Shown: piece after piece, positions 49,601 to 61,820 of the stretch
How positions within the stretch are numbered: position 1 is the first letter of the stretch
Layout: each line of letters starts with the position of its first letter
Assembly: GCA_965178125.1 (NCBI GenBank)
Contig: OZ237742.1
Location: 1,178,001 to 1,242,000 of the forward strand
Length of the DNA: 64,000 nt
DNA from: Bilabrum cf. latius
Taxonomy: Eukaryota
Direction: 5' to 3'
The notes under the pieces: model-generated
What the model saw: only the letters and a program-made list of their open reading frames with translations
Told to the model about the DNA's origin: nothing
Databases searched by the model: none
Made by a program: the position numbers and the translations under genes

Positions 49601-52600
49601 GGTTGCAGCAAGGCCCTCTTGGCGCTTTCCCAGGCGTGGGCATGCAGATCCAGGCAGGAGTCGCAGGCAGTCCTCCCCTCTCTGCTCCCGGGAGGCAGGC
49701 AGTCAGCAGCCGACTCAGCCAGGTTGGCAGCCACTCTCGCTAGGCCAAACAGCTCGGCAAGCGTACTTGATGAAAGGGGTACAGGGTGTGCGGAGGCAGA
49801 AGGAGGCGCAATCCCTCCCAGTTGGAGCGTTGAAATACCCGGCTTTGTTGAAGTTGGCTGTGCTGGAGCCTGACTTGGTGACATGCCTGGGCTTGATCCA
49901 CTATGCAGTGTCTGTGCAGAGCTCAGCAGGGCCTGGATCGCGGCAATCACTAGCTGCATTGGTGCTTGGTTCTCGCCGTCATTGTCACTCCCACGAACCA
50001 GCATTTGGGCGCTTTGATGAATGGCAAACGTGGGACTGGTCTCTACTTGAGACGCTTTGGGCGCTGAACTGCCACGTGCTGGCGGGGCGTGGGCATGGCT
50101 CAGAGCCGCAAGCTGCGGATCTCCCAAAGCCAGTTGGACACACCGCAACGCCTCGCCGCGGGCTCGCCGAAGCACTGACGCTAGGATCCATCCCGCGGCG
50201 AGGAAGTGCTTGCTCTCGTACAGCCACTGTGCTAGCTGCGTCGCCTCTATGGCTCTGTTGCCGAATCCAGGTTCGCCCCATAGCCGTGCGGCACCATGAG
50301 CACCAAGCTGAAGCCCTGTCGCTGCCTCGGATGAACTGGACCCGCTGGTTGCCACCAGCAGACCAAACGCGGCGATTGCTGCCCGGCTGCGGCTGGCCGC
50401 GAGCCACGAGGAGCAAAGCGCGAGCTGCTGGGCCTGCGCCTTGATGGCCTCATCGGCACCGGCACCACCGGTCGGCAACGGTTCATCGCCTTCACCTAGC
50501 GAGTCATCGCTGGTATCTTGCAGACAGTAATCCAGGAGGGTGCGACACAGCTACTGCAAGTGGGCAGCCTCGTCGCGACGGCCTTGCTGTCCCTCACCAG
50601 CCCGTGATTCAGACTGACTCGAGTCCTTCTCCTCTTCAGCACCCAGACCGCTACTACCCAGCCTGCTCCAAGCAGCCCGCCACTCAGTTCCAATCACAGC
50701 CCGGTGGACCGTCTTTAGGTAATGTTCTAGCTTGGTTTGATTGCTGTGCAAGTGACGGCACGCTTCCTACGCGCAATATCGCAGCCAAGCATGGAGTGTT
50801 CGGCCGTCGCCGCTGCCAGTGCTTTCACTGCCTCTCGATCCACCATCTGTATCGCCCCAAATCATCCGCCGAGCTACACAGGCTGCAATAGAACCAAGTG
50901 ATCCGTCCGAAGAAGAGCCGATCAGCGCCTCGATTCCGGCCACTCTGCCAGTCACTGCTTCAACCCCCCTCGACAGGCCCTCCCGCGAGCCGCTGCACGC
51001 GAACACGCACCGCATGGCGGCTTCAGACCGCCTCAGGAGCGGCATGCCCCCGAGCTCGCTGTCGGGGTCGAGCAGGGCGATGCACATGCGCCGAACCTCC
51101 TTGCTAGACTGCTTGCCAGCGCCAGAGGACAGAGGAGACCGGGCCCGCTTGCGGCCAATTGGCACATCCGATCGTGCAGCGTGGGCTGGGCTGGCCCTGC
51201 TGCTGCTGCTGCCGCCAGCCCGCTGCTTTCTTTCGGCGCCCAAAGAGCGCGGCTCGTCTAGCCGTCCGTTCACCGCCCCCCCGGCCAGGATTTCTGCGTC
51301 TGTCAGCAGCCCCAGTGCAGCATCCACAGCGATTGGCCCCGCGGCACCTCCCAGCAGGTGGCAGGAGCGGGTCATGATGCAAATGTCGGCGGCAGACTCC
51401 ATGCAGCGCTGCGCATCGCCCGCGGCGGACAGCACCTGCTGCCTGCCAACCTGCCGCCGTGCAGCTGCGGCTAGCCTGTGGTGCTGGGACAGCGGGCGGG
51501 ATACGCGAGAGGGGCCGGAAGCATCGAGCTCGCCCGCCGATGCAAGGGCATCCAGCCACGCAGATACCGCAGGCATGTCCGTGTTCCAGACCGAAGAATC
51601 GTCGCTGGCTGCTTCGGGTGACGTCACTCGGTACTTGAACAAGTCTCTCGAGCACAGGGGCCGCAGGGAGGACCAATCGTCGCGGCGCTGCAGCCAATCG
51701 GCCTCGACGACATTATCCGGGCCGCCGCTTTTACGTCTTGCTGTCTGCAAATGGATCGAGGTGCCGAGGTGCAGGGAGCAGCTGGCAAAGCATCGGGGCG
51801 CTTGCTCGGTTGCGAGCAGCTGCTCTGTGGCAAGGGCCCACCCCTGTGCGGCATTCTCCTTGCTCCTAGCGAAAGATACCGACGCAAAATGGAGCGCGCT
51901 GCACGGCTCATCAAAATCTTCCAATGTGGCGGATGCCTGGTACAGACAGGCCGCCTCTCGAAGGCCCTGGTCGGCCAGGCGCTCCAGTTTATCCGAACTG
52001 AGAGATCCCACCAAGTCCGTGCCACGGGCTGCAACAGCTTCCTCCCGCGCCATAGTGGACAAATTTACCCCATTAAGCAGCTGTGGTATGTTTCGTCGTC
52101 GAACAAGTACGGATGTGAGCGCGTCAGTGCCAGGGAAGGATCTAAATGCCGCTTGTCTCTCCAGCAGCTGTCGAATTCCAAGGTTAGCGTCGCAACTGAG
52201 ACGAGCTGCATCTGTCCCCGCTTCCAATAGTTGAACAATACGTATACCATTGCCCTTGGAACCTAGAAAGCCGGATATTCCTTGTGACAGCAGTGAATGG
52301 GCTCGCTCAATGGTAGCAACCTGCAACGAATCAAGTGCTCGCACGTGCTCCAAAGCCGCCCCACAAACTTCGCCGTCCAAGCTGGACGATATCCTATATA
52401 TACACATATACATCCACCGCATGGCAATGCCCATCTCCGACGCTGACCATGGCCCGAAGTTCTGCTCCAAACCGGCGCTCCTCGCAATTTCGAACTACGC
52501 ACCAAACTCTTGTATAGCTTTCGTAAATGCACCAGCCTGGAAGTGTTGGTAGCCGTTTGCGTTATGTAACGCAATTTGCTCTGCAATCTATGCGCGCGAT

Positions 52601-52614
52601 GGCGCGTCTTCCAT
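43654..52614 (-). CDS. Unknown ~2990-aa Ala-rich helical protein with possible N-terminal TPR-like repeat
   Basis: Eleven listed ORFs (50767-52470 down to 43777-44421) share one frame, separated only by TAG (16 counted). ATG 52614, TGA 43654. N-terminus HNANGYQHFQAGAFTKAIQEF is TPR-like. Function not recognised. Confidence 0.75.
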
Positions 52615-52839
52615 CGATGGGCGTGGAATGATATCACTCCGCCTCCAACACCCTGGTGCAATCCGCTCTTTCGCTGGCGGTCAGTTGTCGCACCCCAGCA
52701 GGACGCCTGGATTTCGAGGCGGCGCAAATCTTGGCCAGGAATGGATGATACATCAAGCTATGCAGTAGGTAGACCTTGCATGGGTACATGGGTGTCAAAT
52801 CAACAATCGCAGCTCTGCCAGAGTGTCCAGCCCCATTTC

Positions 52840-55800
52840 TCACCACCCATCGTCGTCGGCCAGCTCGTCCAGCAGAGGGTCTGCTGCCGCGCCGCTGCTG
52901 CCGCCGGCACCGGCTCCAGACGCAGCCGGAGGCGTCGCCGCAGGTGCCGCCACGGGTGCAGCCGCCCCTGCTCGCCTCGCCTGCGGCTGCGCGTACGTGA
53001 CCAGGCCCAGGCACTGCTCGCCTACCCTGCTCATGCCGTCCACGCGGCACACCTCCCCTGCGTACTCGGGCTTGTAGTGCGCCCCGCACAGGGGACTCAT
53101 CACCGAGGGAGACCCCCTGTAGATCGGGGTCAGCGAGGCCCCGCACAGCACGAAGGGATTCCTCTCGTCGTAGTCGATCGACAGCGCGTTCCTGCCCTGC
53201 TTCTCGCCCGCAGCCACCACCCGCCGCGCCTTGCCCGCCTTGTCCTCGTAGGCAGCAGTTGCCGCCTCGGGCATCTCGAGGAGCCGCCGTGCGAACCCCA
53301 CTGCGTGGATGAAGTTCTTGGCCTTGTACGCGAGCGCCATGGCCAGGTTGAGCACGAGGATCTGGTGCGCGGGGAGCAGCTTGCAGTGGGTCAGGTACGC
53401 CGCCAGCTCCAGCTTGCGGCCCACGTCCTTGGTCGTCGCCCGCGCGTCCGTGAGGATGCACGCCAGCTTGTACTCCTTGCAGGAGGCCAGCAGCTGCTTG
53501 ACGGCCTCCCCCTCCGCTCTCCTGTCCACGCAGGCAAGCGGAATGGATGCCATCATCGAGTCCAGGTGGGCGGACAACACCTTGAACTTGCCGCCGAGGA
53601 AGAGGCGGTACACGGTGGCCTGCATGTCGTTCAACCGGGCCAGGGTGTAGAGCGTGGAGGGCCGCTGGGACGACCCGCCCCCCTTACCCGAGGGGACCGT
53701 CCGCGACAGCGGGGTCACCAGCGGGGGCAGGCTGGGCAAAGTGGGGAGGCTGACCCGCCCCGCGGCGTATGCCGCCAGCATCTTGGGCTTGAGGCGGTCG
53801 AACTTCACGATGCCAGCCTGCCTGCGGAGCAGCTCCACGGCGGAATCGAAGCGGCCGACCGCGGCGTGCTCCGCGGCGACCGACGAGTCCATCGTCCACC
53901 GGTCCGCGTACCCGCGCCCCGCCGTCGGCACGATCGTCGCCCCCGCCGAGGCCCCGCCCTTGCCACCTCCAGCCGCCTTTCCACCAGGGGAGCTTGGCAG
54001 ATCGGGCAGGTCCAAGTCGGCCTCGCCGTCCCAAGCGCCGCCCTCGCCGTCAGCCTCCTCCTCCTCGGCCGCAGCCCCGCCGGCCGCGGCCCCGCCCTTG
54101 CCCCCATCGTCGTCCCCGTCCCCGTCCAGGTCCAGGTCATCGCCGCCCCACGCACCGCTCGCGGCGGCCGCGGCCTCTGCTGCCAGCGCCGCCTCAGCAG
54201 CGGCCGCGTCGCCGTCCTCCTCCCGACCCTCGGCAGCCGCCTTGAAGGAGGCCTCGAACGGGCTGGCCCGCACGGCGCACAGCGGCCAGTCCTTCCCGCG
54301 CACGATGGGGGTGGGGGGCACGCAGGCCACTGCTCCCGGGTCCCCGTTGGCTGCATCCGTGGGCGCGGACCGGGTGCCAGGCGTCACGAGAGACCCTTCC
54401 GCGTGGGCGGCCGCCGCCGCCCCGATCCCGCTCGTGTCCGGCAGGGGGAGCCCCGCCTGCTCCATGGCGTCCTGCAGCCGCTTGGCGTCCTCCTCCAGGC
54501 CGTAGGTGCGCGCGCACGCGTAGGCCAGGGCGACCTGCCCCGCGTCCTCGAGGACCTTCACCCTCTCCCCCGCGTCTCCAAGGTACAGGGCGTTGTGGAA
54601 GCGGGCAAGCGGGTCCTAGGTCTTGTTGGCGATGGCCATCATGCGCCCCACGTAGGCACGCTGGCCCGAGATGAGGTACAGGAAGCTGAGCCTGTCCATG
54701 TCCCTGACCTTCTGGTACGCGGTCTCGGCCGTGTCGAAGCTGCCCTGCCTCAGCGCTTCGGCTGCCAGCCTGCGCCACACCTCCGGCTTGTCCACCTTCA
54801 TGGCCGCGTCCTTGGCCTGGTCCAGGTTGCCGCACGCGAGCGCCAGGCCGAATCTCGTCTCCGGGTCCTCGACGAAGTGCAGCGCCACCTCTGGATAGCC
54901 GGACCGCTGCAGGTACCCGATCACTGCCTCGCCCACCATGGACCCCGTCCGGATGAGCTGCACCACCCTGGCATACTCTTTTCTCTGCAGCGCCTGCTTG
55001 AAGAGGTACTCGGTGGGGTCGTACCGCAGGACCCTCACCTTGCTGGACCGGTCCATGCACCTCGCCCTCGACTCTCCCGCCTCGAACACGTACACGGGGG
55101 AGTCCAACGTCCGCAGCACGCCCCGCTCGCCCTTCTCCGTGGGCAGCAGGTACTTGAGGTGGGTGAGAGTTGAGTACACGAGCACGCCGTTCTCGTCCCA
55201 GGCCGCGCTCTTGACCTTGGCGATCTCGTGCACGGCGCACACCTAGGTCAGGTCCTGCGTGGCGATCACGAGAGTGGTCTTACTCATGAGGGCAACGTGC
55301 TTGCCGTCGTGAGACCACGCGACGTACCTGACCTTCACCCCGGAGATCTCGTTGATGATCCGCCTGGACTGCGTCTCGAAGAGGCACACCCTGTCCTGCC
55401 TCCGGACCAGCACCCTGCCGGGGGTGGAGGCCTGGAAGAGCTGCTCCGTCTGATCCGCGTAGGGGGGATCGATCCGCTTGACGGTCTTGTTGGCGAGGTC
55501 CTTGATGGCGAGCTTGCGGTTGGAGTCGAGCACGACGAACGATGCCCTCGACAGGAAGGCGACCGACAGGCCCAGGCCGGTGACAGCCCTCGGGTCCGAC
55601 TGGTTGAGGTTGAACAGCCGGTACATGCCCCCCTCCTGCTTGGACCAGATGAGCACGTTCTCCTCGGCGGGGTTGTAGCGGTTGTGCTGCAGCTCCCGGG
55701 GGAGGGTGGTGAAGTTGTGCACCGACGTGTTGGAGGGCACGTCAGCGACCCTGACGTCACTCCCCGACTCGGTCATGGCGCGGCGGAGCTTCTGGTCCGA

Positions 55801-56966
55801 GACGTACAGGAGGAGCCCTTTGCCCGCCGACGAGTACGCCGGTCGTTCCCTCTGCAGCTTGAAGACGAGCATGCCGCTGTCGTGGCCCGCGGCCAGAAGC
55901 CGGTTGGTGGGGTGCGCGGCCATGATCCAGAAGCGGTCCGCGGACCTTCGGAAGGTCTGCAGCGCGATGCGCTTGTTCGAGTCCCACACCCGGATCGTCT
56001 TGTCCTCGCTGTTGGAGACGATGAGGTCGTACTTTGGGTGGTAGAGCACGCTGGAGACGTTGTTTGTGTGCCCCCGCATGGAGTCCACCTCCCAGGCCCG
56101 GCTCTCGCTGGTCCTCCACACCTTGACCTGGTTGTCGTCGGCGCCAGACACGATGAAGGGCTTGGCGGGGTTGGGGTGGAACTGCGCCCAGTTGACGCCC
56201 CGGTCGTGCCCTTCGAGCACGAACTTGATGACTGCGTCTGCCCCGAAGAGGTCCCCGTCCTGCTGCTGGGCGGCGATCATGTCCTGGGGGCCGGAGCGGA
56301 CGTTCTTGCGGCGGAGGCCGCTGATGTCCCACACGCGGACGGACTGATCCAGGGAGGCCGAGACCACCAGGTCCTCCTGAGGGTGAAACTGCGCGCACAT
56401 GACGTAGTGGTTGTGGCCCGCAATCACCGTCAGGCCCGAGCGCGACTGCCAGTTCCAGATGCGGATCGTCTGGTCGTCCGAGGCCGAGAGGATCCACGGG
56501 TACTCATGGTGGAACTGCGACGCGGGCGTGGCATGCAAAACAAGAAAAAGTGGTCGCGCAGGTGCAGGATGTGTGTGAGCGTGAAGCGCAACGTGGGTGC
56601 AGCAGACGGAAGCAAGACACCCTGCGAGAAAGCTGCCGCGGGGAGCGCAGAATGGCTCACCTAAACCGTACGGATGTAATCAACATGCCCCTACAGCGTG
56701 AACAGGCTTCGCCGGGAGGGGTTCTGGTAGTTCCAGACCTTGATCAGGTAATCGTCGCCTCCGGACACAAACAGCGGTTGCTGCAAGTGAAAGTCCACGC
56801 CACGAACGGGCCCCACGTGCTCTTCGTACTTCTCCAATAAGGCCTGCATCTGGTAGTCCCAAAGCTGGATGCTTCCATCGTGCAGCGAGGCCAAAATCCA
56901 AGGGCGCTTCGGATGGAAGCTCAACCCCTTAACTCGCTTGCTCCTCGACTCAAACTTAGTCAGCAT
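52840..56966 (-). CDS. COPA: Coatomer subunit alpha (alpha-COP); exons 56966-56661 and 56514-52840
   Basis: [31 protein letters not shown]40 repeats, [63 protein letters not shown]. Four in-frame TAGs (56691, 56661, 55243, 54616); TGA at 52840. Confidence 0.97.
56515..56660 (-). other. Intron of COPA (146 bp)
   Basis: GTGAGC..GTCGCAG, phase 0; joins DYIRTV*-FHHEYPW. Confidence 0.9.
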
Positions 56967-57787
56967 GGCTGGTCAGAGTGCAGCACGAATCAAATAGTCA
57001 CGAAGAGCGATCCGGAAGACAGACAATGTAGCGATGTCGTGCTTGGTTCCTGCAATTTGCTTCAGGCGCTGCATCAAGCAAAAAATACACAATTACGACG
57101 TTACTTTTCTAAGTTGCGTGCTGTTCAGACAATAGAGTAATTTTTACGTTTCGTCAAACATCTAGATACGAATGAATCGACTCCCCTCACAGTGGCAGTA
57201 CAATAATTCGTTAATTAATGTTCTCTGTATCACCTCACACGATCTTTAGAGCGCTGCCGATGCGGTCGTTTTTTGCCAGTAGCATGGTGAATCGCAATGC
57301 CAGTCACGCAGTTGATCGCGCCAAATGGTTGCCCTTGAGCATCCATTAAGATTTCATCTCTGCTCGCAACGGTCACACTGCAGGGTGGTGTTGGCTTGCG
57401 CTTTGTTGTATCAGCATCTCGCCGAAGTATCCCGTGCAGGCGAGCAATTAGACAGCAAGTGCCTTTGGTCTGCATGATGCCTTGATTGGCTGCGCTTCTG
57501 GAATCATGGATTAATTCATGCATGAGACCTTTACCACGGCCTATCCCGTCCCACCGCTTCACGAGAGAGAGAGAATATAATATGTCTGAGTCAAAGCACA
57601 CACTACCCAACTACAACGACCACCCCAAGAGGCAATCGCACTGGGCAGGTCGAACGGATCAGCAAGCTCACGCCATGGGCTCCGCAAGCTGGGCCGCTCC
57701 TCCGTGGGGGAGTTGCGCTGCTTGCGGTCCATCTGCGTTCGCGATGCCTTCGTGTTCGATTGCGTTCGGATCAGCCGCCTCGTCCGC

Positions 57788-57805
57788 GAGAGAGAGAGAG
57801 AGAGA
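57788..57805 (+). repeat. (GA)n microsatellite in the divergent intergenic region
   Basis: About 9 GA units; a shorter run lies near 57563. Confidence 0.8.
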
Positions 57806-57917
57806 AAATAGAGTTTTCGCACGCAATTCACGAGACTCTAGCGTTGCGCAGGTTGTGATGAGTGCGGCGCCGACCACGTCGAGATGCTGACCTGCGCTGA
57901 CACGACGCACAAGCAGC

Positions 57918-59584
57918 ATGCTCTCCTTGGTACTAGCCAGCCTGATCGCTTCGGCCGAGGCCATACCAGTGCAAATCGTGCATGCAAGCTTTGACGCGCC
58001 CGCCGTTGATGTCGTAGTGGACGGTCAAATCGTGAGAGGAGGGGTGGTCCATGTCGATGGAGGTGATGTCACGCGATCAGTGTGACGCAGCTCGAATCTC
58101 GATCCACCGCGACAGCTTCGGCGGTACTTTCCGCCGCTACTTCGATCTATTTTGACTCATGACCTGAAATCTGTGCGAGCCCTTACGTATTCCTCGAAAT
58201 CGAGCCGCAGGCCGCCAGGAACGTCCCCTTCGGCAACGCGACTGCTTTTGTCGAGTTGGCCCCTGGCTTTCACAAGGCTGAGCTGCAAGTAGGAGGCGAA
58301 ACAGTATTGAAGCATATGCTCCTTACCCCTGCTTCACCTCTTGATCCTGGTGACCGCCTGCAGCAGACGGTGTACGCAGTGAATCCAGTGGCTGCTCTCG
58401 GCGTCCAGGTGACGTACGGTACGATAGCAAGAGAGATCCCGCCGCGCGACCAAGGATCGGTAATATCTGGGTTCTTGCATCTCTCTCCTGATGCTCCTTC
58501 GGTGCGCCTAGAGATCGAAGGCGGCTAGCTTTTCGACTTCGAGCTTTCGTACGGGGATTCTACCGGCTTTTTTGCGCATCTGCAGAAGAGTACCGAGCAA
58601 AAAATAAGTGTGTTTGTCGAAGATGTTCAGGTTTTTACTGCAACTGTGCCTGCGGGCTCCCTAGACTCGCTGGGGTACGCACAGTTTGCTATCATCGGCA
58701 GCGCGGATCCCCGTGCACCAGCGGGGCAGGCCCTCCAGCTACTGGCACTGCCAGCCTCTTCCTCAGGATCCAGCGCTCAGAATGGCAGCCCAGACAACGA
58801 TGGTGCTCTATCGTTCCCGTTCAAGCCGGTCCAGAGTCCGGAAAGGATACTCGCTCTCCTCTCGGCGGGGCCGGCCGCCACGGCACCCGTCCGGGTCGCG
58901 CATGCAGTCCCTGACGCGCCCGCCGTGGACGTGCTGGTAGACGGGCAGGTGGTGGTCAAAGGGGCAACCTTCAAGGGGTTCACCAAGTACCTGCAACTGC
59001 CCACGGGTGAACACAAGGTCGAGATCAGGGTTGCCGAGGGCACGCAGGAACCAACGAACGGGGTCTGGCTGGGGCCCGGGCTCGGCTACGGCAAGGGGGG
59101 AGACGTGGTGCACAAGCAGAAGATCTGGCTGCCACCGGTCCTCGCGGGTGACTAGGCCGAGCCCCGCACCATCGCGGCGGTGGGTGCACTGGGCAACAGG
59201 AGCGTGGCGCTGCAGGTCATCAACGACGGGGGCCAGAGCTCCGTGCCCAAGACGGAGGTGCTGATGAGGATGGGGAACCTCATACCCGACATGCTGCAGC
59301 CCATCACCATCATGGCCAATGAGAACGATTTCATCGCCAACGTCTACTACGGAGAATTCACGAACCACTACCTGAGGGTACCTGTGGATGGCGGCAGCAT
59401 CGAGTCGTTCCTGTTCCGGGCGAGGTCACCCGTGCCTCTCGGCAAATCGGTGACCCAGATCCCACCGGAGGGCCTGGGAGCCATCTGGGCCGATGTGGCG
59501 CTGGGGGCTGAGGCAGTGTCCGGCAGTTTCACGCCACTCGTGGTGCAGGACGGCACGCAGGTGCCGGACTCCACCAGCGCGTGA
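57918..59584 (+). CDS. Secreted DUF4397-like repeat protein; exons 57918-58031 and 58211-59584
   Basis: Signal peptide MLSLVLASLIASAEA. Repeats VQIVHASFDAPAVDVVVDG, GFLHLSPDAPSV and VRVAHAVPDAPAVDVLVDG..FTKYLQLPTG. TAGs at 58526 and 59153; TGA stop. Confidence 0.82.
58032..58210 (+). other. Intron of DUF4397-like gene (179 bp)
   Basis: GTGAGA..GCCGCAG, phase 0; joins DGQI-AARNVPFG. Confidence 0.85.
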
Positions 59585-59668
59585 GTTGCATGATATGCTT
59601 AGTCTCCGATCGCGGCTTGAAGATTGCAAACCATAGCGTATTCTCAATTATGTATAGCTTCATCTAAA

Positions 59669-61780
59669 TCACATGGGCACCACGCCTGCTCCACGACCCG
59701 CCCCGTACACGCCGCCAGTGCCACCTCCACCTCCACCTCCACCCACGCCCAATGCTCCTCCACTGCCACTGGTGGCGAAGCTGAACCCTGCGCTCGCTGG
59801 TGCCATTCCGGGGTGGTACAGCTGAGGTTGCTGCTGCATGCCGTATCCACCTATGGGCTAGGATGCAACGGCTCCCATCCCGGGGCCCTAGTATCCGGGG
59901 TATCCCCCCCCCGCCGCGGACTGCCACCCAGCAGGCCCCATCCCCATCCCCATCCCCGTCCCAGATCTCCGGGGGTCTCCCATGCCACCGACTGCAGGAC
60001 CACCCCCCATCATCTGTGCCTGCAGCGAGGCAGCAGGGGAGGGACCATACACCTGCCCCTGGCCCTGCATCTGGCCCTGCCACCCACGCTAGCCCATCGA
60101 TCCCATGGGCTAGGCACCGAACTCAACGCCCGGGGAAATCCCCCCGCCGAACCTTCCTTTCCCCAGGGGACCCGCGGACAGGATGGAGGCCAGGCGAGGG
60201 TCCGCCCCGGCCCCCGGCTGCCCCATCCCCTGCTGAGCACCCCACTGCGCCTGCTGCTGCTACCCCGCACCCCAAGCGGGGGACTACCAAGCACCCCCGC
60301 TGTTCCCCCGGGGGATCACCTGGGGGTAGTAGGGGCCCGAGCCTCGCATACTCTGCGCCAGGTCTGCGGACCGACGGGCGGCCTCCTCGGCGGCGCGCTG
60401 GGCAGCCCTGCCCGCAGGTGAGGCCGCAGCGTCAAGTGCCCCCGCAGCTCCCTGCCTGCCAGAGGCGATGGGTGACACGGCGCGCACCGGGGATCGAGCC
60501 CCGGAGCTGCCGCCCTCCCCTTTGCGCCCCTCGGTAGCCCCATCGCCACCCCCTTGTTCCCCAGTGGCGTCGTACTGCTCCTCTTCCGCCTTGCCTTCCT
60601 CCACGGCCCGGGCGAAGGCTGCGGCACCCAGCCCGCGGGCAGTCTGCCGGTTCATCTCGTCCCTGTAGTTCCCCGTCCCCTGATCCCTTGATAATAGCTC
60701 CGAGTCCGAGAGACCCAGCGCCGCGGGTCCGCCGTCTCGAGAGGCCCCTGGGTCTCGGATGATGTACCTGCCGCTGGAGGGGTCGAGCCGGATGAAGGGG
60801 TTCGGCTGGTGGCACATCTCGCATACCCTCGCTCTCCTCCTCGTCTGGGCCGCGCCGCACGCAGGGCAGGACCAGTAGCCGGTGCGGCGGTAGGCCTCCG
60901 TTAGTTCCCTGGATTTCTCGGAGGCCCACCTGGCCCTGCTGTCACCTCGAGCACCCCCACGGGGGGGGGACGCACCCCCAGGGGATTTCCCCCGGAGCGT
61001 GTCTGCCACCAGCGAGGCCACGGCCATGGTGTCGCTGCGAAGGGGCCCACGACTCCCGTCTGCACTCATCACACCGCCTCCACCGGGCCCACCGCCCCAC
61101 TAGCCGCCGACGCTGCGCCGTGCACCGCCGGCCGATTGGAAGCCGATGCCCATCCCAGCCCCCATCCCCATGCCGGCTACCCCACCCCCGGGCCCGTCAG
61201 CCGCGCCGCTCCCCAGCAGCCCAGACGTCCCACCCGCCCCAGATCCAGATCCAGACCCACCTTCAGCGCCCTCCGTGAAGGACCGACGCAGCCTACCCGC
61301 AGCAGGGGAGCCCGGCCCGCCTCCGCCTGCCCCTGCCCTCGTGCCGGTCGGTGTGCCAGGCCTGGACACCCTGTTCTCTGCGCGGCTGGGGCTGAGCGGG
61401 AGCGAGAGACCGCCCGGGGCGCCACTCGTCACACCGCCACCGAGGAGACCCCCCGTCCCGCGGCCCGGCGTGCCGCCCCTCGAGGCTCCCATCGCTGCGG
61501 CAGCACCGGCCAGTGCTGCATCCGATGCCCGCGCCTGCAGCTGCCTGGACGCGCCAGGGCCCATGCCTGCGGCACCCGCGGCAGCGCCTGCCTCTGCCCC
61601 GGCCTGGATCGCGGCCATCAGAGCCTGCTGCTCGGGGGAGAGCTGAACACCAGCAGCGGCCCACCGCCCGCCATCCACGCCCATGCCCGTGCCCATCCCC
61701 ATGCGGCTGCGGGAAGCTGCAGCCAGGGTGCCAGGAAGCCGACGGCCGTTGCTGCCGTCCATCATGCCGGCAGCTCCTAA

Positions 61781-61820
<40 letters not shown>

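Noticed and set aside
43654-52614. Separase identity for the large helical protein
   Set aside because: No C-terminal peptidase C50 motifs are visible.
57486-57890. Small ORF between COPA and the DUF4397-like gene
   Set aside because: No homology recognised, spans GA microsatellites and lacks the local codon bias.
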